Source: a virus
Direction: 5' to 3' (one strand)
IMG/VR virus record: IMGVR_UViG_3300048591_000348
Coordinates: 1 to 64,000 of that record
Length of the DNA: 64,000 nt
Part shown: positions 55,269 to 63,983 of the stretch, piece after piece
Position numbering within the stretch: the stretch's first letter is position 1
Layout of the letters: every line of letters starts with the position of its first letter
The notes under the pieces: model-generated
Databases searched by the model: none
Told to the model about the DNA's origin: nothing
The model's input: the letters and a program-made list of their open reading frames with translations, nothing else
Translations under genes and position numbers: made by a program

Positions 55269-56273
55269 ATGGCTGACAAAACCAGCATAGAGTGGACGCG
55301 CGACCTCGACGGAAACCCTGGTGCGACATGGAACCCGATCACGGGATGCTCGATCGTCTCGCCAGGATGCACAAACTGCTACGCTATGCAGCTCGCCGGC
55401 ACGAGACTGCGTCACCATGAGAGCCGCGCCGGCTTGACGCGCGAGGTCAACGGCAACCACGTCTGGACGGGCGACGTTCGGCTCAACGAGCAGTGGCTGA
55501 CTCAGCCGCTGAAATGGACGCGCCCGCGCCAGATCTTCGTCTGCGCGCACGGCGACCTGTTTCACGAGCACGTGCCCGACGAATGGATCGACCGCGTTTT
55601 CGCGGTGATGGCGCTCTGCCCGCAGCACACGTTTCAGGTGCTCACGAAGCGGTCAGCGCGGATGCGGGAGTACGTTTCCGAGGTTCGCGCAACTTGGGCC
55701 AAGCCAGGCGTCGCGTCGCCGGGCAGCGAGCGCATCCGCTTGCAGATGTGCACCATCAAGGGCGTTGACGAGGACGATTATCAGACTGGTCTCGCTGAGT
55801 GGCCCCTCCCTAACGTCTGGATCGGCGTCAGCGCTGAGGATCAGCGCCGCGCCGACGAGCGCATTCCGGATCTGATCGAAACACCAGCAGCCGTGCGGTT
55901 CGTCAGCGCTGAGCCGCTGCTCGGGCCAATCGAGTTCCGCGATATCTGGGACGGCATCGACGTGTTGCGCCGACGATCTGGAGCAACCCTAGACTGGGTC
56001 ATCGTCGGCGGTGAGAGCGGCCGCAACGCGCGCCCAATGAAGAGAGAGTGGGCCGATAGCATTGTCAGCCAGTGCAAAGACGCTTGCACTCCCGTTTTCG
56101 TGAAGCAGCTAGGCGCCGCCTTCTCGGACGAAACGGACGGGATTGCCGGTGCGTCGTTGCGCGTATCGAGCGAAGCCACAGGCCTCATATCGCGTCGACT
56201 CAATGATCGCAAAGGTGGCGATATGGCCGAATGGCCCGAGGCTCTCCGCGTGAGGGAGATGCCCCATGCGTAA
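55269..56273 (+). CDS. DUF5131 (phage Gp37/Gp68) radical-SAM-like protein
   Basis: TSIEWT, WNPITGCSIVSPGCTNCYA, SAEPLLG, WVIVGGESG, FVKQLG. Confidence 0.93.
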   Translation: MADKTSIEWTRDLDGNPGATWNPITGCSIVSPGCTNCYAMQLAGTRLRHHESRAGLTREVNGNHVWTGDVRLNEQWLTQPLKWTRPRQIFVCAHGDLFHEHVPDEWIDRVFAVMALCPQHTFQVLTKRSARMREYVSEVRATWAKPGVASPGSERIRLQMCTIKGVDEDDYQTGLAEWPLPNVWIGVSAEDQRRADERIPDLIETPAAVRFVSAEPLLGPIEFRDIWDGIDVLRRRSGATLDWVIVGGESGRNARPMKREWADSIVSQCKDACTPVFVKQLGAAFSDETDGIAGASLRVSSEATGLISRRLNDRKGGDMAEWPEALRVREMPHA

Positions 56274-56736
56274 CGTCGACGTTATCATTCTGAAGCTCTT
56301 GGGCCTGGGGCGGCTCCAAGTCGATTTCGGCACCGGACTGGTGTACGCGCCTCGATCAAACACGCCATCGAAGCCCATTGGAACGCTGACAAAGAAGGGG
56401 TACCTACGCGCCTGCATCAACTTCAAAGGTCACCAAGTCCACGCGATGGTGCATCGAGTGGTGTGGGTCGCAGCGAATGGTGCTGTGCCCGACGGAATGC
56501 AGATCGATCACCGCAACACGATTAAGACGGACAACCACCCCGACAATCTTGAGGCAGTGCCTCAACCCACGAATATGGCCCGAGCCGCCGCCGCGGGCCT
56601 ATGTCGAGGAAACGGGCGAAAAGACGGAATCCGGGACGCCAAAGGCCGGTTCGGCAAGAAGCACGCCGGCCGCCTTCTCGACGGCCGGGAGTGGAGCGAG
56701 ATGCCAGGTAGGCCCAGCGCCGAGGTGACGGCATGA
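56266..56736 (+). CDS. HNH endonuclease carrying a DUF5131-type C-terminus
   Basis: VHRVVW, IDHRN..KTDNHPDNLE; GKKHAGRLLDGREWSEMP tail. Confidence 0.9.
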   Translation: MRNVDVIILKLLGLGRLQVDFGTGLVYAPRSNTPSKPIGTLTKKGYLRACINFKGHQVHAMVHRVVWVAANGAVPDGMQIDHRNTIKTDNHPDNLEAVPQPTNMARAAAAGLCRGNGRKDGIRDAKGRFGKKHAGRLLDGREWSEMPGRPSAEVTA

Positions 56737-57119
56737 CATCCATTTCCCGCCGCGCCATGGGCGTCCGCGATATGCCGGAGGGCGAGCGTCCAATCTCGGA
56801 GCAATTCCGGATCGTTGCTCTGCAATTTGTTGATGCTGACGGTGCCGCAAGTCTCCTCGAAGAACTGAAGACGACGACGCTTGAGAAGATGAAAACGACG
56901 CTCATCGATAGCGAAGGCCAGATGGCCGACAACAAGGCTGAGCGCCTGATCAAGAGCGGAGAGGATTGGTCCGCCTACATCAAAGAAATGGTCTCATCAC
57001 GAACCAAAGCCAACAAACTCAAGCTGCAACTTGAGTATCTGCGAATGCGAGAGCGAGAAGAAGACCGGCTGTCGTGGCTCCAGAGAACCGAGAGCCGAAT
57101 GGGCAGATCCGTCACGTAA
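56733..57119 (+). CDS. Helical hypothetical protein
   Basis: ATGA-coupled ORF. Confidence 0.65.
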   Translation: MTSISRRAMGVRDMPEGERPISEQFRIVALQFVDADGAASLLEELKTTTLEKMKTTLIDSEGQMADNKAERLIKSGEDWSAYIKEMVSSRTKANKLKLQLEYLRMREREEDRLSWLQRTESRMGRSVT

Positions 57120-57254
57120 CTCTTTGGTCAATCCAACAACGCGCCGGGCTCTCCGCTTCCCGAGCCGGCTGTCAAGGCACCGGCGCGTACTGCCGGCGAG
57201 TGGGATCAGAATCTAAGCGCATCCCACTCGCCGGAGCAATCAGGAGCGACGGAC

Positions 57255-57692
57255 GTGGATAAGAGAAAGGTGCCGACATTGCGCCAGATCGCGGCTGCCG
57301 CGGTGGCTCAATTGTTCAAGATACCGCGAGAGCACGCAAAACTCATGACGCCGGATCAGATGCTTTCTCTTGTCCATGTCGATCACGATCCTGTCCCATT
57401 CGCGTTGGCCCGCGATCTCGGTTGGTCACCGGAACAATACAATCATCCAAGCAATCTAACGCTGCGACTGATCAGGGACCACCGGACCAAGACCGCAAGC
57501 AAGGACATCCCGGATCTGGCGAAGACAGATCGTATCAGAACCGAGCACGCCGAGTTCCAGCGCCGGATTCTCGCTAAGGCAGGCGCCGACACGCCAGTTG
57601 GCGCCACTCGAAAGCTGAAACGCAAAATCACGTCACGGCCGTTTAGATCCAAGAGCGCATCAAGTTCGAGGGGGAATAAGTGGAATCGGTGA
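57255..57692 (+). CDS. HNH-like protein
   Basis: VDHDP...NHPSNL....DHRTKT..DI. Confidence 0.6.
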   Translation: MDKRKVPTLRQIAAAAVAQLFKIPREHAKLMTPDQMLSLVHVDHDPVPFALARDLGWSPEQYNHPSNLTLRLIRDHRTKTASKDIPDLAKTDRIRTEHAEFQRRILAKAGADTPVGATRKLKRKITSRPFRSKSASSSRGNKWNR

Positions 57693-57733
57693 GCGTTGGC
57701 CGCGGTAGATCGCGCGGCAATGGAATAAGCGCC

Positions 57734-57916
57734 ATGCAGAACTACACGCTGGAAGTCCTGTTTCTTGCTTTCTTCTGCATCACCGTCGTGCAGTTGTCTC
57801 TCGTGCTGGTGGTCATGTGGGCTGGCGAGAGATTCGGAGTGTGGCAATCCGCTCCTTATGTCTTGGCCGGGTATGTCGCTGCTTACTGCGCGGTCATCTA
57901 TCTCGTGATGGGGTAA
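57734..57916 (+). CDS. Small 2-TM membrane protein
   Basis: Two hydrophobic segments. Confidence 0.5.
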   Translation: MQNYTLEVLFLAFFCITVVQLSLVLVVMWAGERFGVWQSAPYVLAGYVAAYCAVIYLVMG

Positions 57917-58021
57917 TCGCCATGGAGCGGCACGAAGTGCTTCTCGGAGAATTTGAGCTTATCCTGGGCCCCCGCGGCAAAGGTGTCGCTGCCCACAACA
58001 TGTTCGCGGAGGACTGCGTCA

Positions 58022-58357
58022 ATGGCTGACTCTCCGTATATGCTGGTGAAGGATGCGCTATCCACCATTCCCGCGAAAATCTGCGAGAGGCGGTTCCGGA
58101 CCATCGCCAGGAAGATCGGTCGTCATCGTCTGGGCGGAGCTCAGATGATGGTAACATCGGACGATGTCGACGCAATCTTGGAGGCTATGACGTGCTCAAA
58201 CTCAAAAAGAGAAAAGGCAGCCCCTTCTGGCAGATCACGGGAACGGTCGTCACGCCAAGTGCCGCTCAACCCGTCCGCCAAAGCACTGGCACTACTGACT
58301 ACGCACAAGCGTGCGAAGCAGCGTCAGCACTCGAAGCGCGCATCCGCAGAGAGCTGA
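58022..58357 (+). CDS. Excisionase-like protein overlapping int
   Basis: Small basic ORF directly upstream of, and overlapping, the integrase. Confidence 0.55.
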   Translation: MADSPYMLVKDALSTIPAKICERRFRTIARKIGRHRLGGAQMMVTSDDVDAILEAMTCSNSKREKAAPSGRSRERSSRQVPLNPSAKALALLTTHKRAKQRQHSKRASAES

Positions 58358-59334
58358 CATACGGCAAGGAGAACGAAACATTATTCGCGGAAGCGGCTCA
58401 CGATTACATCGAGGATAAGCAGAACGAAGGGGATGAAGTCTGTTCGCCACGCCTAGCTGATCTTATTAAGGAGGTTGGGACGCGTAAGCTCGCCAGTTTC
58501 TCCAGCGGCGAGGTTCAGGACATCGCCAAGAAGATTTTGCCGAACGGCACTGCATCCACAAGAAACCGGCACGGCATCGCCCCATTCATGGCTGTGTACA
58601 ATTACGCGGTGCTCCGCAACAAGGCGCCACCTATGAAAGTTGAGCGCTTCGAGGAGAAGCCCGCGAAAACCGTATCCGTCGATCGGGCGTGGATTGATGC
58701 GTTTCGGGCAAAGTGCGCCGATCCATACGTAAAAGCCATGTGTCGCCTGATGTTCGAGACTGGCATGCGACTCGGAACAGCGACTGGGCTGACGCGGGCC
58801 ATGATCAACGCGAGCGAGTGCTCGATCGATGTGCCGGCTACGCTCCTGAAGAACGATGAAGATCATTCATTCCCAGTTACGGAATCGATGCTGCACGAGT
58901 TGCAGAACCTTCCCGATATCAAGACATTCAACAAGGAGAGCGGGAAGAGGGACGGCCGCGGTCGCAAGCGCAATCCGGATCTGTTGTTCGGCTTCTCGTA
59001 CAACAGCGGCGTCTACCGACATTGGGACCAGGCATGCACCGATGCGAAGATCACTTACGTTCCGCCACACCAGGCCGGCCGCCACTCGTTTGCAACGGTG
59101 ATGCTGGTTGACAACGAGGTTGACCCCATCACTGTCGCGGAGATAGCAGGCTGGAAAGATCCCAACTTTATGTTGAAAAAATACCCACACGCGAGAAAGG
59201 CGAAGCTACGCGCGGTGGTTGAGAGGGTATCGGGGCAGCCTGTTCCAAAAAGGAAGAAACGCACAAATCTTGCACACAAAGACGGCGTCGCCGAGGGCGA
59301 CAATGTAATAAAACTAAGGAAAAGAGTAGGTTAG
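58192..59334 (+). CDS. int: Tyrosine integrase
   Basis: TGMR (R), LKN (K), HQAGRHSFAT (H..RH), AGW, KKY (Y). Confidence 0.93.
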   Translation: MLKLKKRKGSPFWQITGTVVTPSAAQPVRQSTGTTDYAQACEAASALEARIRRELTYGKENETLFAEAAHDYIEDKQNEGDEVCSPRLADLIKEVGTRKLASFSSGEVQDIAKKILPNGTASTRNRHGIAPFMAVYNYAVLRNKAPPMKVERFEEKPAKTVSVDRAWIDAFRAKCADPYVKAMCRLMFETGMRLGTATGLTRAMINASECSIDVPATLLKNDEDHSFPVTESMLHELQNLPDIKTFNKESGKRDGRGRKRNPDLLFGFSYNSGVYRHWDQACTDAKITYVPPHQAGRHSFATVMLVDNEVDPITVAEIAGWKDPNFMLKKYPHARKAKLRAVVERVSGQPVPKRKKRTNLAHKDGVAEGDNVIKLRKRVG

Positions 59335-59335
59335 A

Positions 59336-59383
59336 TGGCGCACCCGACAGGATTCGAACCTGTGACCTCTGCCTTCGGAGGGC
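59336..59383 (-). other. attP core: 3' half of tRNA-Arg(CCG) including CCA
   Basis: Reverse complement GCCCTCCGAAGGCAGAGGTCACAGGTTCGAATCCTGTCGGGTGCGCCA; no D-arm or 5' acceptor strand. Confidence 0.92.
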
Positions 59384-59486
59384 CGTCGGAATTGACGGTC
59401 CAATCGGCGAAAAGACAAACAAAAACAGCACACTTGATCGATTTTCTGTGATCTTAGCAGGTCGAGAACCTGCGCATAACAGACGT

Positions 59487-59501
59487 GAACTTGCGTAGAA
59501 C
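59487..59501 (+). promoter_or_regulatory. Second alpha LexA box
   Basis: GAAC-TTGCGTA-GAAC in intergenic DNA. Confidence 0.55.
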
Positions 59502-59618
59502 ATGGCGGCTTAAGTTGCACACAGATTGCACACACCTTTTACGGGTATTTTATTTTCAACGCGACCCATGCGGGCAATTGGTCCGCTCGGATTCGAAATC
59601 GAATGGAAGGGAATAGTA

Positions 59619-60131
59619 GTGGCTCCAGACAACATGACGAAGGAAGAGAGCGACGCGTATCACGGGATACGGGCGGCGATGCAACTGGCGCACTCCACTG
59701 CCGCAAACGCGGGTTGGTACAAAGACCCGGAAACGGGCAAGGACATCGAGCGCAACTTCGGTGAGGTCATTGCGCTGATGCACTCCGAGCTCTCCGAAGC
59801 GCTGGAGTCCGACCGCAAGAGCTTGATGGATGACAAACTGACGGACCGGCCAGGGCAGGAGGTCGAGATTGCGGATACGTTCATCAGGGTAGGTGACACA
59901 TCCATAGCCCGTGGCGAAGACGTGCCGGCGGCTTTCATTGAGGTTGCTCGCCTCCTGCGGCGGCACTCCCTAGCGGAGATCCGGTTCGCTCTCCTTTATT
60001 TCCGCATGGCGGAGACGTGCGCCTATCTCGGATACGACTTGCCCGGCGCCATAGTATCGAAGAACCGCTTCAACAAAAAACGAGCCGACCACCAACTGGC
60101 CAACCGAGCTGCTGGCGGCAAGAAGTATTGA
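59619..60131 (+). CDS. MazG-like nucleotide pyrophosphohydrolase
   Basis: ALMHSELSEALE...EVEIADTFIR...K.RFN..R.DH......GGKKY; start uncertain. Confidence 0.85.
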   Translation: MAPDNMTKEESDAYHGIRAAMQLAHSTAANAGWYKDPETGKDIERNFGEVIALMHSELSEALESDRKSLMDDKLTDRPGQEVEIADTFIRVGDTSIARGEDVPAAFIEVARLLRRHSLAEIRFALLYFRMAETCAYLGYDLPGAIVSKNRFNKKRADHQLANRAAGGKKY

Positions 60132-60193
60132 GTCGAACCCACTGGCGCCTTGCCCCATCTGGGGTTGCCGAGCCACATTGAGCATGCACTGGG

Positions 60194-60550
60194 ATGTCGT
60201 CCGCAAGCCTTCTCACCGATGCAGCAAGACTTCTGAAGGCTCAGGCAACCGTCGTCGTGGGCCACCTGGCCCTCGATGCCAAAGGACGCCCGTGCGCTCC
60301 CCATACGTCTCGAGCGAAGACGTTCGATGCGCTGGGTGCGCTCTATAGAGTTTGCGGAGTGAAGGTGGAGAAGACAGCCGATAACAGGAATCTTCTAGCA
60401 GCTCTAGCCCATCTCGACTGGGCCGCTGCGCTCCTGCATCACCGGACGATTGTCGGCGTCAATGATGAACTCGGCTTGGATGAGGTGCTTGAATGCTATC
60501 GATCTGCCTATCGAGCGGCGATCGATAGCCCGACGCAAGAGGCTGCGTGA
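60194..60550 (+). CDS. Hypothetical protein (DUF6197-like)
   Basis: ALDAKG......A..FDALGAL...ND......VL. Confidence 0.55.
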   Translation: MSSASLLTDAARLLKAQATVVVGHLALDAKGRPCAPHTSRAKTFDALGALYRVCGVKVEKTADNRNLLAALAHLDWAAALLHHRTIVGVNDELGLDEVLECYRSAYRAAIDSPTQEAA

Positions 60551-60560
60551 CAAGCCTCCC

Positions 60561-60830
60561 CTACCTCTTCAGCCCGAATCTAGCTGCGTCTCTGATCGGC
60601 GCCATCATATTCCGCACCAGATCCCCAAGAGCCATCCATTTGTCTGGTGCCTCCTGAGTGATGCCGTACTCGTAAATCGCTTGCGTCGCATCACTCTCGA
60701 TCTTCTTGAGTGCGGCTTGCGCCTGCACAAGCCGGCGAGCCGTCTCAACTGGTGTTGCGGCCAACTGCGACACGAGTATTTCTTGGGCGTGATATTGCTG
60801 CGACAGATCGCGGTTGGCCGGCGTCTTCAT
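60561..60830 (-). CDS. Hypothetical protein
   Basis: ATGA-coupled to the NYN gene. Confidence 0.55.
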   Translation of the reverse strand: MKTPANRDLSQQYHAQEILVSQLAATPVETARRLVQAQAALKKIESDATQAIYEYGITQEAPDKWMALGDLVRNMMAPIRDAARFGLKR

Positions 60831-61381
60831 TCGGCTGCCTCCTTGGCGGGGATGGGCCTCGATATTCCATCGGCGATGTCAGCGACATCGATGAAGACGT
60901 CGGCCTGTCGGCGCATCTCGTCGGAAACCGATGCCGGCTGTGTCTTGATCGTAGAGACAACGGTTACGCGGACACCCTTGGCCTGGATGGCATTTACGAG
61001 GGGCCGAAACTCGCCGCTGCCGGAGAATAGAACGATATGCTCGACCGTATCGGAGATCCGCATCGCGCAGACGGCCAGGTCGACGTCGATGCTCATCCTC
61101 GTGCGGCGAGGGCCGCTCGCGTCCGTGTATTCCCTCACAACCTTGGTGACGGTTGTAAAGCCATTGTAGGCCAGCCAATCGACCAGTGGCTGGAGGGATG
61201 AATACCCCGACTCATCCTCCGTGATCGCCGTGAAGTAATAAGCTCGCACGACGCGGGCCTTGTCTTGGAAGAAGGCGAGCAGCTTCTTGTAGTCCGGGTT
61301 GAGGCCCAGCGCCCGCGTTGTAGAGTGGAAGTTGGCGCCGTCGATTAGGATGGCTACCCGCTCAGTCGGATAGAACGACAT
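60827..61381 (-). CDS. NYN/LabA (DUF88) domain protein with a degenerate active site
   Basis: IDGAN, LVDWLAYNGF, SGSGEF (usually SGDGDF), RRQADVFID. Confidence 0.9.
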   Translation of the reverse strand: MSFYPTERVAILIDGANFHSTTRALGLNPDYKKLLAFFQDKARVVRAYYFTAITEDESGYSSLQPLVDWLAYNGFTTVTKVVREYTDASGPRRTRMSIDVDLAVCAMRISDTVEHIVLFSGSGEFRPLVNAIQAKGVRVTVVSTIKTQPASVSDEMRRQADVFIDVADIADGISRPIPAKEAAE

Positions 61382-61414
61382 CGGTGAGTCCCCCAAAATA
61401 TCGTCACATAGATA

Positions 61415-61433
61415 TGTTGCGATTTCGGGAACA
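61415..61433. promoter_or_regulatory. Operator family A copy upstream of the NYN gene
   Basis: TGTTGC GATTTCG GGAACA. Confidence 0.6.
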
Positions 61434-61625
61434 TGCCACCAATCCCGGAGAAGTCAAGATACGGAGGCGGAACGGCTCACGACATCGCGGCGCGCGCATC
61501 GGCCTTCGGGCCGTGAGCCCGTGGGGCTTTCGCTTACAGCTTGATGATCGTCCACCAGCCTATGGACGCGCAAGCGAAGGCCAGAACGGCCCAGCCGAAC
61601 CAGCAAGCAATAGATAGGAAGCGGT

Positions 61626-61871
61626 CTACCCTTTGAAAATCCCCCGGAGTAAAGCCGCGGCTATATCTCCGATCCGCTCGGCTTTGACGTTTGTCAGGAG
61701 CCCAGCCCCGAGCAAAGTCGCCACTAGGCCGATTCGGATAAACCAAGCCTTGATCTGCTGCACTTGGTCGTGAAGATCCTCGTGGGAATCTTCCAAATCG
61801 GCGATCATCCTGTCGTGGTGGGACAGGCGTTCGATTGCCCGCCCGAACTCGATCCCGGTCTCCAAGTCCAT
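61626..61871 (-). CDS. Coiled-coil plus TM protein (holin/antiholin-like)
   Basis: Coiled coil then one TM, at the end of the lysis cassette. Confidence 0.5.
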   Translation of the reverse strand: MDLETGIEFGRAIERLSHHDRMIADLEDSHEDLHDQVQQIKAWFIRIGLVATLLGAGLLTNVKAERIGDIAAALLRGIFKG

Positions 61872-61911
61872 AGGCAGGATACCTCGCTGGCATCGGCGTC
61901 CCTCGCGACGT

Positions 61912-62175
61912 CTAGGGTTTGTCGTTTGCGCGTTTCACTCCACACTTCTTCGCAACGGCCGCTTCGAGGCGACGGTTGTGCTCTATGGTCTCGGCACTAT
62001 CGACTGTGTCCCAAGTCGAAATCCCGTCGGGCGGATAAAGGCGCCGCATGACGGAGCAGAATGAGTCAGCCTTGATCGATACCGGCTGAATAGGCGTCTT
62101 CGGCGCCGGAGAGGCGCAGCCCGCAAGGATGTAACCCATGGCGGACACACCCAGAATGTAACCCATGGACCTCAT
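61912..62175 (-). CDS. Lipoprotein, putative o-spanin
   Basis: Lipobox ILAGC; TGATG coupling. Confidence 0.7.
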   Translation of the reverse strand: MRSMGYILGVSAMGYILAGCASPAPKTPIQPVSIKADSFCSVMRRLYPPDGISTWDTVDSAETIEHNRRLEAAVAKKCGVKRANDKP

Positions 62176-62480
62176 CACCGCGTCCTCCGCGACCGGCACC
62201 CAAGCGACGCATCGCAGAGCTTTTGCAGTGCAACCATCTCGCCAGGCGTCGGGCCGATGGTATCGGCCGCCGCAATGGCCTCGTCGACCGAGGCATCGAT
62301 CGCCTCGTCGTGGGCACGGGTGATTTCCGCCACGCGGGCATTGCATGCCACGATGCCCGCGTTCCTTTCATTCGCGACGGCGCCGGCAACCATCACTTTC
62401 TCGCGCCCCCACATGATGCCGCCGGCAATCAATGGGCCAATCACGGCCCAAGCAATCAGCGCAAGGCGGGCTGTAATCAC
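62175..62480 (-). CDS. Putative i-spanin
   Basis: N-terminal TM plus helical domain; GTGA coupling. Confidence 0.6.
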   Translation of the reverse strand: MITARLALIAWAVIGPLIAGGIMWGREKVMVAGAVANERNAGIVACNARVAEITRAHDEAIDASVDEAIAAADTIGPTPGEMVALQKLCDASLGCRSRRTR

Positions 62481-62977
62481 CACGGCACCCAATCGGTTTT
62501 CTGGGCCGTGCTGGCGGCCTGCGTTGTTTTTCGCGCACTGGGAACGGGCCGGCGAGAAACGGCCGCCCCTGGCACCAATTTGGCAGTTGCCCTGGACTTC
62601 AAACGAACGGCCTCGGCCTCGGCTGCCTCCGCCTTGGTTTTCCACGCGCTTGCGGCGCTCTCGGCGTCTTTCGCTCGGCGCTGGGCGACGGCAACGGCTG
62701 CCGACGCCCCCTGCACATCACCCTTGAGTGTAGCGACCTCGGAGCGCAGAGCACGCTTGCCGACAGCGCCCTTGATATGACCCAGCCAGAACCCACCAAC
62801 AAAGGTGAGGCCAACGGCCAGCCAAACCGCAGGAGAAGAAACCACGGCAACGAATGAGCCTTTGATCCTCGTGAAGACCTTTCCAAGCCAGTCCTTCGCA
62901 AATGCCATGATTGAGGCCATGACGACAAAGACGCTCGTCGCGATCGTTCCAATAAGGCCGACGTCACTCTTGTTCAT
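62477..62977 (-). CDS. Two-TM coiled-coil lysis-associated protein
   Basis: MNKSDVGL start, 2 TMs, coiled coil. Confidence 0.55.
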   Translation of the reverse strand: MNKSDVGLIGTIATSVFVVMASIMAFAKDWLGKVFTRIKGSFVAVVSSPAVWLAVGLTFVGGFWLGHIKGAVGKRALRSEVATLKGDVQGASAAVAVAQRRAKDAESAASAWKTKAEAAEAEAVRLKSRATAKLVPGAAVSRRPVPSARKTTQAASTAQKTDWVPW

Positions 62978-63983
62978 CTTCCGGTCCCTCCGGGAGTTGC
63001 TGCTTGACCTCTGCCAGCTCGACACGCTGGTTGATGTGACGCACGAGAACCACGACGAGCACGGCGATCGTGCCCCAAATCGCCACCTTGCCCAGATTGA
63101 TCTGAAGTGTTCTGGTGAGGCTCATCAGCGGGGCGATCGTGGTTTCAGCCTCTTCCTGGGCCGGCTTCAGGACATGGATGACCTGATCAAGGCCATTGGA
63201 AATCGACTGCCCGATTCCGAATACCAGGTCACACACCCATCCAACGATGACTGCGAGCAGGCTCTTGCCTGACCCGGACTTGGCCAATTCTTGGGTGGGC
63301 GTCGGCTGCGGCGCTGGAACTGGCTCCGCGATCGGCTTCGAGGTTCGCAACGCGACCGGAACGTCGTCCGGGGTCGGCTCGAAGACCGCCTTGCGGATCT
63401 CTTCCATGGGGAAAAGTGGATTCGTGTCGATCTTCCGTCCGGGAGATATCATCCAGTGCGTAACGATCTCGTTGCAGTCAGGGTACTCCTCAACAACCTC
63501 ACGGCAGATTGCGGCAACAGACGCAATCTGTTCCTTTGTGTAGGGGAGCCAATACCCTTCGCCGTGCTCTTTCGTTGCCCGATAGGTGCAGTCGATCAGC
63601 GGAAATTTCTCGATCACCGTCTTGCCGTCGTAGCTCAGCTCGGCATATTCGCCGTTCTTCTTGAGCTTTCCAGGATTGACGATCTCGATCCCGATCGAGC
63701 ACGAGTTGAGGCCCGAGACGCCATTCCATTTCGAGACACCAGCATGGTAGGCGCGCCGGTTGGTCTGCACCATCTGAGTGATGGTGCCGTCTCTCTCGAC
63801 CACGAAATGCGCCGAGACTTTGCACGTCGGTGAGGCGAAGTAGTTGACCGTGGAGAACTTCTTGGTGGATCCCGCCGTGTCGTGGGTAACGATCCATCGG
63901 GGCGCCGCCATCGCGCCGCCGAACGACGTCGCCTTCTTCCACTTCGCGCCGCCGCCTTTCAAGACGCCGTTCTCGATGTCCAT
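62964..63983 (-). CDS. Endolysin, N-acetylmuramoyl-L-alanine amidase with C-terminal hydrophobic segments
   Basis: IVTHDTA, SAHFVV, AYHAG.S.W, SIGIEIVN, THW.ISPGRKIDTNP. Confidence 0.93.
   Translation of the reverse strand: MDIENGVLKGGGAKWKKATSFGGAMAAPRWIVTHDTAGSTKKFSTVNYFASPTCKVSAHFVVERDGTITQMVQTNRRAYHAGVSKWNGVSGLNSCSIGIEIVNPGKLKKNGEYAELSYDGKTVIEKFPLIDCTYRATKEHGEGYWLPYTKEQIASVAAICREVVEEYPDCNEIVTHWMISPGRKIDTNPLFPMEEIRKAVFEPTPDDVPVALRTSKPIAEPVPAPQPTPTQELAKSGSGKSLLAVIVGWVCDLVFGIGQSISNGLDQVIHVLKPAQEEAETTIAPLMSLTRTLQINLGKVAIWGTIAVLVVVLVRHINQRVELAEVKQQLPEGPEDEQE

Noticed and set aside
59336-59410. Complete tRNA-Arg gene
   Set aside because: Similarity stops in the anticodon stem; D-arm and 5' acceptor strand are absent, so this is an att core
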